Positions 15,814 to 25,329 of a stretch of 64,000 nucleotides of DNA are shown in pieces (the stretch's first letter is position 1; every line of letters begins with the position of its first letter). The notes below the pieces were generated by a model. That model was not told the DNA's origin. It saw nothing but the letters and a program-made list of their open reading frames with translations, and ran no database searches. Source of the stretch: Actinomycetota bacterium (GTDB lineage Bacteria; Actinomycetota; Acidimicrobiia; Acidimicrobiales; JAMCPL01). The stretch covers positions 8,033 to 72,032 of the forward strand of contig JAMCPL010000028.1 in NCBI GenBank assembly GCA_023379675.1, in the 5' to 3' direction. The translations under genes and the position numbers were made by a program.

Positions 15814-15996
15814 ATGGCGAATGCCAGCATACGAGAACTCGAGCAGAACGCTTCGCGGGTCGTAACACGGGCCGCCGGTGGCGAAGTGGTGACGGTCACC
15901 GATCGAGGTCGCCCGGTATGCCAGATCGTCCTCCAAGTCCATATGTGGCCAGACGCGCTGGTCAGCCTGCGCCGACCCGCCTGCTGGCACGATTGA
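15814..15996 (+). pseudogene. Phd/YefM-family antitoxin, apparently frameshifted, no partner toxin
   Basis: MANASIRELEQNASRVVTRAAGGEVVTVTDRGRPV... matches the Phd/YefM N-terminus. The expected C-terminal continuation (...AGQPAPTRLLARLTEGLPS) is in another frame. There is no room for a toxin before 16130. Confidence 0.5.
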
Positions 15997-16129
15997 CCGA
16001 AGGGCTACCGTCGTGAGCGAGGGGCACTGCACAAAACCACAGGTCCCAACGACTCCAGCTTTTTCTCCGATCTCCTCTATGGTTCGGGGCTGAACACTGG
16101 CGGGCGACGCGATGGCGACGGGGTCGAAC

Positions 16130-16678
16130 TCACGGCTGTCCCCAATGGTTATCGGGGCCCCAGTAGGGGCGTAACGGTGGCAGGTCAGCCAGCTTGGGGT
16201 CCTCCGGTTGCGGCGACTCGCCGTCATCTCCATCCCACAGACGGCGGTACTGGTCGGGGATGTCGCCCCACCCCCAGTAGGGTAGCGGGCCGGTCGGCAG
16301 TATCCCAAGTGTCTCAAGAGGATCGATACGCTCGTGTCCGACGGTGCACAGATGTGCCCAATCGTCACCGAGATCGAAGACATACACGAACTGCTCGCCC
16401 GGACGCAGGCGCGAGAGCTTGACACGCCGGAAATCCTCGGTCTTCTCACCCTCGATCTGCCAGTCAGGATCGGGGATGCAAAGACACGTCCTGTCTCTCA
16501 GAGTGAACTCCTGAAGGTGGGAACGGTCCCAGCGAGCGAAGGCGTCGTCAATAGCATTGGCGAACTGCTCAAAGGTGTGGGTACGCGCAGAAGCGAAAAT
16601 GCGCCCCGGCCGGGGCCAGAGGTGCTCGCCGTGACCCTCGATGAGATCGACCCGGATAGACAACCACGTGCGCGCCAT
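16130..16678 (-). CDS. pRiA4b ORF-3-like family protein
   Basis: From ATG 16678: MARTWLSIRVDLIEGHGEHLWPRPGRIFASARTHTFEQFANAIDDAFARWDRSHLQEFTL...VYVFDLGDDWAHLCTV. This is the typical pattern of that family. The longer track ORF adds an unlikely N-terminus. Confidence 0.7.
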   Translation of the reverse strand: MARTWLSIRVDLIEGHGEHLWPRPGRIFASARTHTFEQFANAIDDAFARWDRSHLQEFTLRDRTCLCIPDPDWQIEGEKTEDFRRVKLSRLRPGEQFVYVFDLGDDWAHLCTVGHERIDPLETLGILPTGPLPYWGWGDIPDQYRRLWDGDDGESPQPEDPKLADLPPLRPYWGPDNHWGQP

Positions 16679-16680
16679 GG

Positions 16681-16992
16681 CTACTCCGCCCCTGGGGCGC
16701 TCATCTCCTGTAGCAGAGCTGTTGTGATACTGACGCTTGAGGACGCGTCGATCCATGACCATTCGATTGCTACGGCCATCTCATCGCGATGTCGGGCCGG
16801 CTGGGTGAGTACCTTCGTTGCACGGCGCAGGGGCCGCAATCGTTCGACCTTGTTCGTCTGGTGAGTGTCAGGGAAGAGGAATTGCACAGCGGGGTCGGCC
16901 GTTCCGTCTTTGACCGCCCGCGAGATCTTCCCGAGCACGTCGGGTGGTACGCCAACGGATGTGCAATTTGGTTTTGCCACTAGGGTCATCAT
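16681..16992 (-). CDS. Hypothetical protein
   Basis: 103-aa ORF ending 2 nt before the start of the pRiA4b-like gene. Hand-counted GC3 is about 67 percent. No family recognised. Confidence 0.4.
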   Translation of the reverse strand: MMTLVAKPNCTSVGVPPDVLGKISRAVKDGTADPAVQFLFPDTHQTNKVERLRPLRRATKVLTQPARHRDEMAVAIEWSWIDASSSVSITTALLQEMSAPGAE

Positions 16993-17001
16993 TTTAATAT
17001 A

Positions 17002-17280
17002 TTATATGTCATTCTGGATAGCCCAACATAATGCTGCGCGCTGTATGCCACGTGCTTCCGCCGTCCCAAATCCAGAATACCGTCGAAAAGTCCACAGCCG
17101 ATCCCTGTATCCACGTGGAAAATTGCCACGCGTAAACGGAAACTCCCCTGCCTCACTGCCATTCGAGTGTTCCTGCCAAAGTTGCCCTCTCGCCATTTCC
17201 AGATCCACCGGAATGTGTGAGTCAGTCTCATCCATCCATCTGGCTGAGCGCCTTCCTAGCACCAACGAATCACTGCTCAT
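17002..17280 (-). pseudogene. N-terminal fragment of a methylmalonyl-CoA mutase-family gene
   Basis: ...AGEFPFTRGNFPRGYRDRLWTFRRYSGFGTAEA matches the conserved PG..PFTRG.Y..MY..R.WT.RQYAGFgTAEesN block. Similarity stops after GFGTAE (~nt 17050), and a stop follows at 17002. Confidence 0.7.
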
Positions 17281-17318
17281 CTATACTCCTCCAATCAGGG
17301 ATGCGTGACAACCAGGTA

Positions 17319-19124
17319 TCAGTTGTCGCGTAGATCAGGGAAGTCGGTCTCCCACCATTCATTGCCAACCTTGCCCAGCGGTGTTTCCTGTGGATGAAGG
17401 GTATTCTCCCGAGTGCGCAGTTCCACGCGACGAATTTTCCCGGATATGGTCTTGGGCAATTCATAAAACTCCATCCTTCGTATCCTCTTGTACGGGGCCA
17501 CGGTAGATGCCACATGCTTGAAAATTGCATGAGCCGTTTCTTCGCCAGGTTCCCATCCGGCCGCCAGGGCGATATAGGCCTTGGGAACCGACAGGCGTAC
17601 GGGATCAGGCGATGGAACGACCGCAGCTTCCGCGACGGCCTCGTGCTCCACCAGGATGCTCTCCAGCTCGAAAGGCGAGATCCGGTAATCAGATGCCTTG
17701 AATACATCATCAGCCCGGCCCACATAGGTCAGATAGCCCTCATCGTCTTTCTGCGCAACATCACCGGTATGGTAGTAACCATTTCTCATGACGTGCTCGG
17801 TAAGCGCAGGATCATCAAGGTAGCCGTCCATCAAGCCTAGAGGCGGCCTGTCGAGAGCAATGCATATCTCACCCTCGGTACTTGCCTCATCTGTCTGCGG
17901 ATCGATCAACTCTATCCGATAACCTGGCATCGGCCTTCCCATGGAACCTGGCTTTACCACCTGCCCAGGAGAATTAGCCACCTGCAAAGTGGTTTCAGTC
18001 TGACCGTATCCATCCCTTATAGTCAGTCCCCAATGTCTTCTTACCTGCTCGATCACTTCAGGATTGAGGGGCTCGCCTGCACTCAATGCCTCACGTAGCG
18101 ATACTTTTACCTGACTTAAATCGGACTGTATTATCATGCGCCATACTGTGGGCGGCGCGCAGAATGTGGTAACGGCATAGTCGGCGAGCACCTTGAGCAG
18201 AGCGGGCGCCGAAAAACGCTCGTAGTTGAATACGAGAGAGGTGGCTTCGGCATTGAAGGGAGCAAAGATGTTGCTCCAGGCGTGCTTGGCCCAGCCAGGG
18301 GAGGAAAGATTGAGGTGGATGTCGCCAGGCTGCAAGCCGATCCAGTACATAGTCGTAAAGTGCCCTACTGGATAGCTGGCGTGGTTGTGCTCTACCAGCT
18401 TTGGCAAGGCCGTGGTGCCTGAGGTGAAGTACAGGAGGAGAGGATCAGTGGCTTTGGTGACATCGTCCGGGGAGAAGGTTTTGTCGTGGCCGATCGATTC
18501 ATCATACGATATCCATCGTGCCGGGGTGGGATCGCCAGGAGGACTTACCGCCACCCTGATCACGCCATCTGCCATCCCGCCGGGAATCGCTTCAAATTTT
18601 GCCGCCTGGCTCGATGCAGCCACTATGCATCTGACCTGTCCCCGGGAAAGCCGGTCTTTCAGGTCTACGGGCGCCAGCAAGGTGGTGGCAGGGATAATGA
18701 CCGCTCCCAATTTTGTGGCAGCCAGAAACGTCTCCCACAGGGCAACCTGATTTCCAAGCACAACGAGTACCCTATCTCCTCGCCGGACCCCTAGTTCCCT
18801 CAGAAAATTAGCCACCTGATTGGATCGAGCGGTCATCTCAGCGTAGGTGATCGCGCAGCTGCTACCATCCTCCTCCACCAGCCGGAGCGCCACTCGTTCT
18901 CCGATGCTATCGCTTCGTGTATCGAAGTAGTCAAGCGCCCAGTTGAACTCTTCCATCACCGGCCATCGGAATTGCTCGTAGGCTGCTTGGTAGTCGCTTC
19001 GAAGGTCAATTAGTTGCTGCCGTGCCACCAGGAAAGACGGTAGAGTATTCATAGACAAAATGATACCATGCGCTTCCCAAATACACCTGTAATCGTGCTG
19101 CAGCTCCGCAACCCATGGAGCCAT
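17319..19124 (-). CDS. AMP-forming acyl-CoA synthetase (medium-chain type)
   Basis: Contains YFTSGTTALPK, GYGQTE, YHTGD and SGKIRR, plus an N-terminal ...YEQFRWPVMEEFNWALDYFD. The start is uncertain (19124 or ATG 19052). Confidence 0.85.
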   Translation of the reverse strand: MAPWVAELQHDYRCIWEAHGIILSMNTLPSFLVARQQLIDLRSDYQAAYEQFRWPVMEEFNWALDYFDTRSDSIGERVALRLVEEDGSSCAITYAEMTARSNQVANFLRELGVRRGDRVLVVLGNQVALWETFLAATKLGAVIIPATTLLAPVDLKDRLSRGQVRCIVAASSQAAKFEAIPGGMADGVIRVAVSPPGDPTPARWISYDESIGHDKTFSPDDVTKATDPLLLYFTSGTTALPKLVEHNHASYPVGHFTTMYWIGLQPGDIHLNLSSPGWAKHAWSNIFAPFNAEATSLVFNYERFSAPALLKVLADYAVTTFCAPPTVWRMIIQSDLSQVKVSLREALSAGEPLNPEVIEQVRRHWGLTIRDGYGQTETTLQVANSPGQVVKPGSMGRPMPGYRIELIDPQTDEASTEGEICIALDRPPLGLMDGYLDDPALTEHVMRNGYYHTGDVAQKDDEGYLTYVGRADDVFKASDYRISPFELESILVEHEAVAEAAVVPSPDPVRLSVPKAYIALAAGWEPGEETAHAIFKHVASTVAPYKRIRRMEFYELPKTISGKIRRVELRTRENTLHPQETPLGKVGNEWWETDFPDLRDN

Positions 19125-19174
19125 GGCTAGAGGCTGCTCACTTTTGCCACCCGAGCACGCCTACAACCATACCT

Positions 19175-20956
19175 CTAAGAAAGGATATTCCTCCCGCTGC
19201 TCGGGCCAGAGGGAGTGCTGATTGACGGTACGTGCCCCGTCGCCATATCGTGTGCCGCAGCAACAACCCCCTGCTCCACTACTGTCGCCAACTGGTCGAA
19301 GTAAGGGACCTGTACGTCAGGTGTTTGAGTCATCACGGCTGCTTCGAAGCTCCCCATGGCTATAAAAGCTATCTGGGTATAAAACGGCACTACGGTGGCA
19401 ACTCCATTTGCTTGGATGGTTACATATATAGGTACTACCAGCTCAATACCGTGAATGCCGGCCTCCGGTGGAATGGGTGGAGCATAGGCCGGGTAGGGAG
19501 CGGTTATGGTGCCTGAATGTGAACCTGCAGAATCCTGAGCTACCTTCAGAAATGCCTGTTGAAAGCATGCAGGAGCTCCTGGTTTCTCAATAATTGAAAG
19601 ATCGGACTGCACATCGGCATCAGTGGGAGCTATCTCCACGGACGAAGATGCGAACACCATGCCGTTGCCGGCGGGTCCCGTGGTAAAGGTCGGAGAGCCG
19701 GTGTAAATGTAGCCGGGCGGATGTCCAGACAAACCTCCGCCAAAAGCATTGTTCAAGCGCTGGGTCGAAACACCCAGGCAAGCAGCCAGCTGGCTACTTA
19801 TTTGTTTTGATTGCGCCTGGCTTGAGCCTCCTGCACTGCTGTTGCACGCACTGGCGCACACTCTCCATGCCGACGGAAAATCTCCGAGAACCAGGTTGGC
19901 GCTCTGAGCTATGTTCTGTAGTTGAGCCTTTGAAAGATGGATGCCAGGCATTGTGGTCGCCGAGGGTGTGTGAGTGGAAGACCTACTCGTGTTGGGGCCA
20001 CTTCTGACCCGTGAGCCTGTGCCGGATCCATTAGATCTGGGCGTGTTGGATATCGACTTCGCACCGGCCCTGGATAGGTACCACCCTCCAATACCGCCGC
20101 CTCCGACCACCAGTAATGCTGCAACGACGATGGTGAATGCCTTGCTAGGCATCCTGCTACCCGACCATGAACGCTTCCTGCCTATCTTCAATGGCACATT
20201 GGTGCTCGCTACCGGGCCCATGGTCGCTGGTATGTCCCCCGGAATACCCGGCGTACCTCCAGCCGATAAGCCCACAAAGACGGTTGCAGCGACCGATGAT
20301 CCAGGCATCTCTCCTGGTGGTGGTGGTGGTTGTAGAGGCATTGCAGGTTGTAGAGGCATTGCAGGTTGTAGAGGCATTGCAGGTTGTAGAGGCATTGCAG
20401 GTTGTAGAGGCATTGCAGGTTGTAGAGGCATTGCAGGTTGTAGAGGCATTGGTGGTGGTGCAGCCGGTTGTACCATGGCAGGCGGAGGTGGAGCCCCCTG
20501 AAAAGAAGCTGGTGAACCACCGGGCGGGGCGACCCCGGATTGGACCGCACCGGATTGGACCGCACCGGATTGGACCGCACCGGGTTGGACCGCACCGGGT
20601 TGGATCGTACCCTGTATCCTAAACGCCTCGATCTGCCTGCCAATTGACGCAACATCGTCAGGCGAAACAGAACCAGCAGGAACAAGAAACCTAGTCGCTC
20701 CAGAATCTGCAAGTACATCGAGTACCCAGGCCGCCCTGCCGTTAGCCGCCATCATCTGGGATCCCCACAGGACAGCTGTCATATTACTCCACAAGATGGT
20801 ACGTTCGCCCTCCTGGCGGCTGGTAACTGTAATTCCCCGTGAATCCACGGCGAGCGAAAGTCCTTCCACGGTTACTGGACCCCTTGCAACCTGAGCCACG
20901 AGGACTACGCCATCAAAATACAATGCACCGCCAGTATCACCTCCGTACAGTACCAC
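19175..20956 (-). CDS. Membrane-anchored repeat protein (PH-like N-terminus, Pro-rich tandem repeats, TM helix, extracytoplasmic C-terminal domain)
   Basis: 593 aa, GTG start. Contains 5 x GAVQ(P/S) and 7 x PAMPLQ, a TM helix [22 protein letters not shown], a Ser/Thr-rich linker, and a C-terminal domain paralogous to the protein at 51031-52020. Confidence 0.7.
   Translation of the reverse strand: MVLYGGDTGGALYFDGVVLVAQVARGPVTVEGLSLAVDSRGITVTSRQEGERTILWSNMTAVLWGSQMMAANGRAAWVLDVLADSGATRFLVPAGSVSPDDVASIGRQIEAFRIQGTIQPGAVQPGAVQSGAVQSGAVQSGVAPPGGSPASFQGAPPPPAMVQPAAPPPMPLQPAMPLQPAMPLQPAMPLQPAMPLQPAMPLQPAMPLQPPPPPGEMPGSSVAATVFVGLSAGGTPGIPGDIPATMGPVASTNVPLKIGRKRSWSGSRMPSKAFTIVVAALLVVGGGGIGGWYLSRAGAKSISNTPRSNGSGTGSRVRSGPNTSRSSTHTPSATTMPGIHLSKAQLQNIAQSANLVLGDFPSAWRVCASACNSSAGGSSQAQSKQISSQLAACLGVSTQRLNNAFGGGLSGHPPGYIYTGSPTFTTGPAGNGMVFASSSVEIAPTDADVQSDLSIIEKPGAPACFQQAFLKVAQDSAGSHSGTITAPYPAYAPPIPPEAGIHGIELVVPIYVTIQANGVATVVPFYTQIAFIAMGSFEAAVMTQTPDVQVPYFDQLATVVEQGVVAAAHDMATGHVPSISTPSGPSSGRNILS
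20329..20452. repeat. 18-bp tandem repeat x7 (encodes PAMPLQ on the minus strand)
   Basis: GTTGTAGAGGCATTGCAG is repeated perfectly. Confidence 0.9.
20536..20610. repeat. 15-bp tandem repeat x5 (encodes GAVQP/S on the minus strand)
   Basis: CGGATTGGACCGCAC x3 is followed by two variant units. Confidence 0.85.
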
Positions 20957-21044
20957 GAGGCAAATCTAACACATGCACTATACCTGCGCTGGAAATAGGT
21001 CAACTTATTCGAGCTTCCGGCGGGAACGGGAGTAGGCTGGTCAC

Positions 21045-22091
21045 ATGAACAGTCTTTCCGGAGATGTGCTGGACAGTGCCAAGGTCTCGTCGTGGATGGA
21101 GCATAACGTGGAAGGAACCACGGCTCCATTCTCCTTCTCACTCATAGCAGGAGGCAGGTCGAACCTCACCTTCAAGATTACCGATGCACGCGGGAATGCG
21201 TATGCCCTGAGAAGACCTCCGAGCAGCCATATACTACCGACCGCTCACGACATGGCCCGAGAGTACCGGGTCATCTCGGCATTGGCATCCACCCTCGTGC
21301 CGGTGGCTCATCCGCTTGCGCTCTGCGAGGACGTAACGGTTACGGGTAGCCCATTTTACGTGATGAGTTTTGTCGAGGGGACCATCATCCGTGAAGCGGC
21401 CGACTGCGACGGCACGCTCGGACCCACCGATCGCACCCTGGCAAGCCAATCAATGGTGGATACCCTCGTCACCCTCCACTCGCTTGACGTGGATGCCATT
21501 GGCCTTGGAGACCTCGGGCCCAGAGAGTCCTATATAGAGCGGCAACTGAAACGTTGGATGGGGCAGTATGCGGCATCAATGGATACCTTGGGCAAGCCGG
21601 CCGGCCCGGCGGATCCGGTGAGACGTGCATATGACCACCTACGCGCCTCGGTCCCCGCCACGCAACGCACCAGCCTGGTACATGGTGACTACAGGTTGGA
21701 TAATATCGTTCTAGATGATAATGCCTCCGTGAAGGCGGTACTCGACTGGGAAATATGCGCACTCGGTGATCCGCTTGCAGACGCAGGTCTGTTGCTGGTC
21801 TACTGGGCCGAGAAAACTGACGAGTCACCTCTCGTAGAGTCTCCAGCCACGGCTCTTGAAGGATTTTACTCTCGGGATGAGCTCATAGCGCGCTACGCCC
21901 AGAGGTCAGGGCTGGATGCTGGCAACATCGAATATTACATGGCTTTCGGCTACTGGAAGCTGGCTTGCATACTTACGGGTGTCTATGCCCGGTACGTATC
22001 GGGAGCAGCGGGTGGTGACCGGACAAGTGTAGACAGGTACGCCGCCATCGTAGAGTGGCTGGCCTCGCTGGCGCTAAGCTTATGTATATGA
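21045..22091 (+). CDS. Phosphotransferase-family protein (APH / ACAD10-11 N-terminal kinase-like)
   Basis: ...SLVHGDYRLDNIVLDDNASVKAVLDWEICALGDPLADAG... gives the catalytic HGD..NxL and DWE blocks. Confidence 0.8.
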   Translation: MNSLSGDVLDSAKVSSWMEHNVEGTTAPFSFSLIAGGRSNLTFKITDARGNAYALRRPPSSHILPTAHDMAREYRVISALASTLVPVAHPLALCEDVTVTGSPFYVMSFVEGTIIREAADCDGTLGPTDRTLASQSMVDTLVTLHSLDVDAIGLGDLGPRESYIERQLKRWMGQYAASMDTLGKPAGPADPVRRAYDHLRASVPATQRTSLVHGDYRLDNIVLDDNASVKAVLDWEICALGDPLADAGLLLVYWAEKTDESPLVESPATALEGFYSRDELIARYAQRSGLDAGNIEYYMAFGYWKLACILTGVYARYVSGAAGGDRTSVDRYAAIVEWLASLALSLCI

Positions 22092-22390
22092 TCATCGTTT
22101 TCGGAATTATTGCATCCACTCTCACCACTGCTTGCTGGATACCGCAAGTCTATCGCTCACTCAGTAGAAAATCAGCGAAAGACTTCTCTTGGATATACCT
22201 GCTGGCGCTCATCACCGGTGTAACAGGCTGGCTTGTTTACGGCGCTCTCCTCCATGATCCCATTATTTGGGCGAGCAATGCTGCCGTCGACATATGCACT
22301 CTATTCATCGTCACGATCAAAATGTATTCGGAAATAGCTGGTTTCCACCGGCATAAGCCATTACCGGGTACGCACACGCTTTCAGGATAA
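22088..22390 (+). CDS. SemiSWEET / PQ-loop family small membrane transporter
   Basis: ATGA overlap with the upstream stop. About 100 aa with three helices and TTACWIPQVYRSL (PQ motif). Alternative start at ATG 22082. Confidence 0.7.
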   Translation: MIIVFGIIASTLTTACWIPQVYRSLSRKSAKDFSWIYLLALITGVTGWLVYGALLHDPIIWASNAAVDICTLFIVTIKMYSEIAGFHRHKPLPGTHTLSG

Positions 22391-22408
22391 TGGATCTAGG
22401 AGCAATCT

Positions 22409-23776
22409 TTGGCTTATTACGAGATAAAGGAACACAGCTTACTCGAGAACCCCGTACTGGTAGTCGCCACGGAAGGTTGGATAGACGCAGGATACGCAGC
22501 TGCTACTACTGTCAGTAGCCTTGTCGGTCAGGGCAGCGACGGTGAAGCAGCCGGCAAGCTGCTTGCAGCCTTTGACGACGAAACATTTCTGGATCGCCGC
22601 GCCAGGCGCCCGACCTTACATATCACCGATGGGGTCAGTGAACCTCCCCGGTGGCCTAGTATTCGCATGGTGGCCAGTAAAGATATGGAAGGCCACGACA
22701 TTTGCTGGTTGCTCGGCCCGGAACCTGATTTTCGCTGGAAGTCCTTCGTGGACTCGGTACTTTCCATATGCAACGAGTTTGGTATGAAGATGGCAATTGG
22801 CCTTGGAGCATTCCCGGCTCCTGTGCCTCACACCCGACCCGTCCGCCTGGCTGCAACTGCGAGTAGCCGCTATGCCGACATGGCAAAAAAGGTAGGCGTA
22901 GTACGCGGGACCGTTGAAGTACCCAGTGGGATCTGGGGACCCCTGGAACATGCTCTGCCTGACATTGGCATTCCTGCAGTAGGCTTATGGGCACGCGTAC
23001 CCCATTACGTCGCAACAATGCCCTACCCGCCAGCCAGCCTGTCCCTGCTCAATGGCCTGTGCGACCTGACGGGTCTGTCCCTACCGAGTGGGGATCTGAT
23101 GGCTGCAGCCGACAGTTCATTGAGCCGGATCAACGAGATAATGGGACGTTCCGACGAGCATTCCAAGATGGTCAAAGAGCTCGAAGAAGGCATCGACAGC
23201 TCCGAAGGCAACCCTCTTGATATAAGCCAGATGCCCACAGGTGACGAGATAGCTACGGAACTGGAGCGGTACCTCCACATGGGCCATCTGCTGGATGCCG
23301 GTGATGCCGGCGGAGGCACCCAAAATGATGAGGCGGTGAAAGCCCGTAGCCCTATGCAATCAGAGAGGCATGCTCCGGAAGGACCTCCTTCCATGACGTC
23401 CGCCGATGCATCACGCCAGATGAGGCAACCAGGTCAAACCGGAAGGGTGGCTGGAGGAAAGACTGGTCCGGGATCACGGGATACAAAGGGGAAAGGCGGC
23501 GCCGATGAGGTGGACGAAGCACAAGGAGACAGTGCGGGAAGCGTTGTGGATGACGCTGATGCCACTGGGCAAGGAAACGATATGGCCGGGGACGCCCCTG
23601 ACACGACAGGCTGGGAAGACGGCTTGGAGGAGGTCGAGGACTATACCTCCGGCTTAGGTTTCATCCCTCTCGAGGATGGTACGTTCAACTGGGAGGATGA
23701 TGACGACGACGACGATAAAGGCGAGGACGATTGGGACGACGACGATAAAGGCGAGGACGGAGGCGAGGACGATTGA
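22409..23776 (+). CDS. PAC2 (proteasome assembly chaperone 2-like) family protein with long acidic C-terminal tail
   Basis: The N-terminus ...NPVLVVATEGWIDAGYAAATTVSSLV... is typical of actinobacterial PAC2. The C-terminal ~170 aa are low-complexity, ending DDDDDDKGEDDWDDDDKGEDGGEDD. Confidence 0.75.
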   Translation: MAYYEIKEHSLLENPVLVVATEGWIDAGYAAATTVSSLVGQGSDGEAAGKLLAAFDDETFLDRRARRPTLHITDGVSEPPRWPSIRMVASKDMEGHDICWLLGPEPDFRWKSFVDSVLSICNEFGMKMAIGLGAFPAPVPHTRPVRLAATASSRYADMAKKVGVVRGTVEVPSGIWGPLEHALPDIGIPAVGLWARVPHYVATMPYPPASLSLLNGLCDLTGLSLPSGDLMAAADSSLSRINEIMGRSDEHSKMVKELEEGIDSSEGNPLDISQMPTGDEIATELERYLHMGHLLDAGDAGGGTQNDEAVKARSPMQSERHAPEGPPSMTSADASRQMRQPGQTGRVAGGKTGPGSRDTKGKGGADEVDEAQGDSAGSVVDDADATGQGNDMAGDAPDTTGWEDGLEEVEDYTSGLGFIPLEDGTFNWEDDDDDDDKGEDDWDDDDKGEDGGEDD

Positions 23777-23878
23777 GGTAAGGATCGTAGGGGGTAGTGC
23801 GGCTCTTGCCGCCCTCGGTTGTACGACTAATCGTTCAATCAACTGTGCAACCCACTGTTCAGCGCAATCCCTCGACAT

Positions 23879-24520
23879 GTGCTGAACGTGGACATACCAG
23901 ACGTCATCAATGCCCGCCGTATGGTACGGAGTTTTTCCGGTCGGCCGCTCCCTGCGGGCATGATCACCAAACTCGTATCCTATGCCCGTGCCGCTCCAAG
24001 CGCGGGCAACACATCTGGATGGAGAGCGATCATTCTTGAAGACCAGGATTCCATCTCGTCGTTCTGGCAGGCAGTCACCGATGCCGAGTGGAGAACAAGG
24101 TCGAGAAGATGGAATGGATTGTCCAGGGCGCCCTCAGCCGTCGTGTTGCTCGCCAATCCAAAGTGTTATACTGACCGTTACAGCTTGCCCGACAAAATCA
24201 GTGCGGGCCTTGGCAACCCTCCCGATGGCGGTGGCGAGGATGCATGGCCGATCCCCTACTGGTATGTGGATGCCGGATTCGCCGCTATGCTGATCATGCT
24301 AGGTGCAACCGATGTCGGCCTCGGGTCGCTCTTTCTCGGCAACTTCCGTGGCGAACCAGAACTGAAACGACTACTCGGCATCCCTGAGCCATGGCGCTAT
24401 GTTGGCACGGTGCTGGTAGGCTATCCCGACGGCAACGATTACCCATCCTCCTCCGTAAGGAACCACCCTGGCCACAACGATCGCATCTACTACGGTCGTT
24501 GGGGTGTGGCCGAACCATAA
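23879..24520 (+). CDS. Nitroreductase-family protein
   Basis: ...INARRMVRSFSGRPLP...APSAGNTSGWRAIIL... and the C-terminal ...GTVLVGYP are typical nitroreductase-fold motifs. Confidence 0.75.
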   Translation: MLNVDIPDVINARRMVRSFSGRPLPAGMITKLVSYARAAPSAGNTSGWRAIILEDQDSISSFWQAVTDAEWRTRSRRWNGLSRAPSAVVLLANPKCYTDRYSLPDKISAGLGNPPDGGGEDAWPIPYWYVDAGFAAMLIMLGATDVGLGSLFLGNFRGEPELKRLLGIPEPWRYVGTVLVGYPDGNDYPSSSVRNHPGHNDRIYYGRWGVAEP

Positions 24521-24574
24521 GAACCATCAAAGAGCACTCGCCTCGTACCATTTCTATGTGTTACCATACATTTC

Positions 24575-25267
24575 ATGATCTCTTATGCAGACATGCCAGT
24601 AAAATGCCCGGCATCGTACAGACGGACATTCTCGCCAGAACGATACGAACAATACGAACAATACAGTAGGCTACGCATATTGCCATGGAACGACTCCGCA
24701 AACAGCCCTGGTGGTTTCGACCCACGTTCGCTATATGTCGAGACTTTCTGGCTGGGCACCCTTGGTCCCACCGCCACATGGCTGACGCGACTCGTCGCTT
24801 ACAGCCTTGATGAGTACCCCGAGGGCATCACGCTGGATGCAGAAGAGATAGCCCGGCGCATTGGGGTTGGAACCGGAACTGGACGCAACAGCGCGCTCAG
24901 CAAGACCCTGAGACGATGCGCCCGCTTCGATATCGCCCGGCTATCTTGCCTATCGCCGCCAGCATCACTGCTGCCAATCCCCGCCTTGACCACACCGGCG
25001 TCAACCCCACCAGCGCCACGGCCTGCTGCACAATTACCGGCTGCTGCAACACAGGCACATTCACCGGCACCGCCGCTGCCACCGGTATCCACAGTCTCAC
25101 CACTCGCAGGCAACAGCATACTCATTGTGGAAATACGCCGCAGGATGCCGGCGCTTCCAGACAAATATGTCCGGCAGCTACCCGGTCATCTCCGATGGTT
25201 GCATGCAAGCTTCCTAGCCGGAGAAATGTCCCAAAGGCAACTTGCCGCTCACTCTAACCGATACTGA
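24575..25267 (+). CDS. Hypothetical protein with Pro/Ala-rich central linker
   Basis: 230-aa ORF. The N-terminal ...ETFWLGTLGPTATWLTRLVAYSLDEYPEGITLDAEEIARRIGVG... looks globular. No family recognised. Confidence 0.45.
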   Translation: MISYADMPVKCPASYRRTFSPERYEQYEQYSRLRILPWNDSANSPGGFDPRSLYVETFWLGTLGPTATWLTRLVAYSLDEYPEGITLDAEEIARRIGVGTGTGRNSALSKTLRRCARFDIARLSCLSPPASLLPIPALTTPASTPPAPRPAAQLPAAATQAHSPAPPLPPVSTVSPLAGNSILIVEIRRRMPALPDKYVRQLPGHLRWLHASFLAGEMSQRQLAAHSNRY

Positions 25268-25329
25268 TTGGTGGCACTGGCAGCTAGCAAGCCCATGGCT
25301 TTCCCGGGAGCCTGGCGATGCGTGCTTCC

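Noticed and set aside
15715-16449. 244-aa minus-strand ORF
   Set aside because: It is Arg/Ser/Cys-rich and overlaps, in another frame, the well-supported pRiA4b-ORF3-like gene. It is a typical high-GC shadow ORF.
20167-20718. ORFs of 151-175 aa in alternative frames over the tandem repeats
   Set aside because: They are open only because the 15- and 18-bp repeats lack stops in several frames. The 593-aa minus-strand frame has flanking non-repeat domains.
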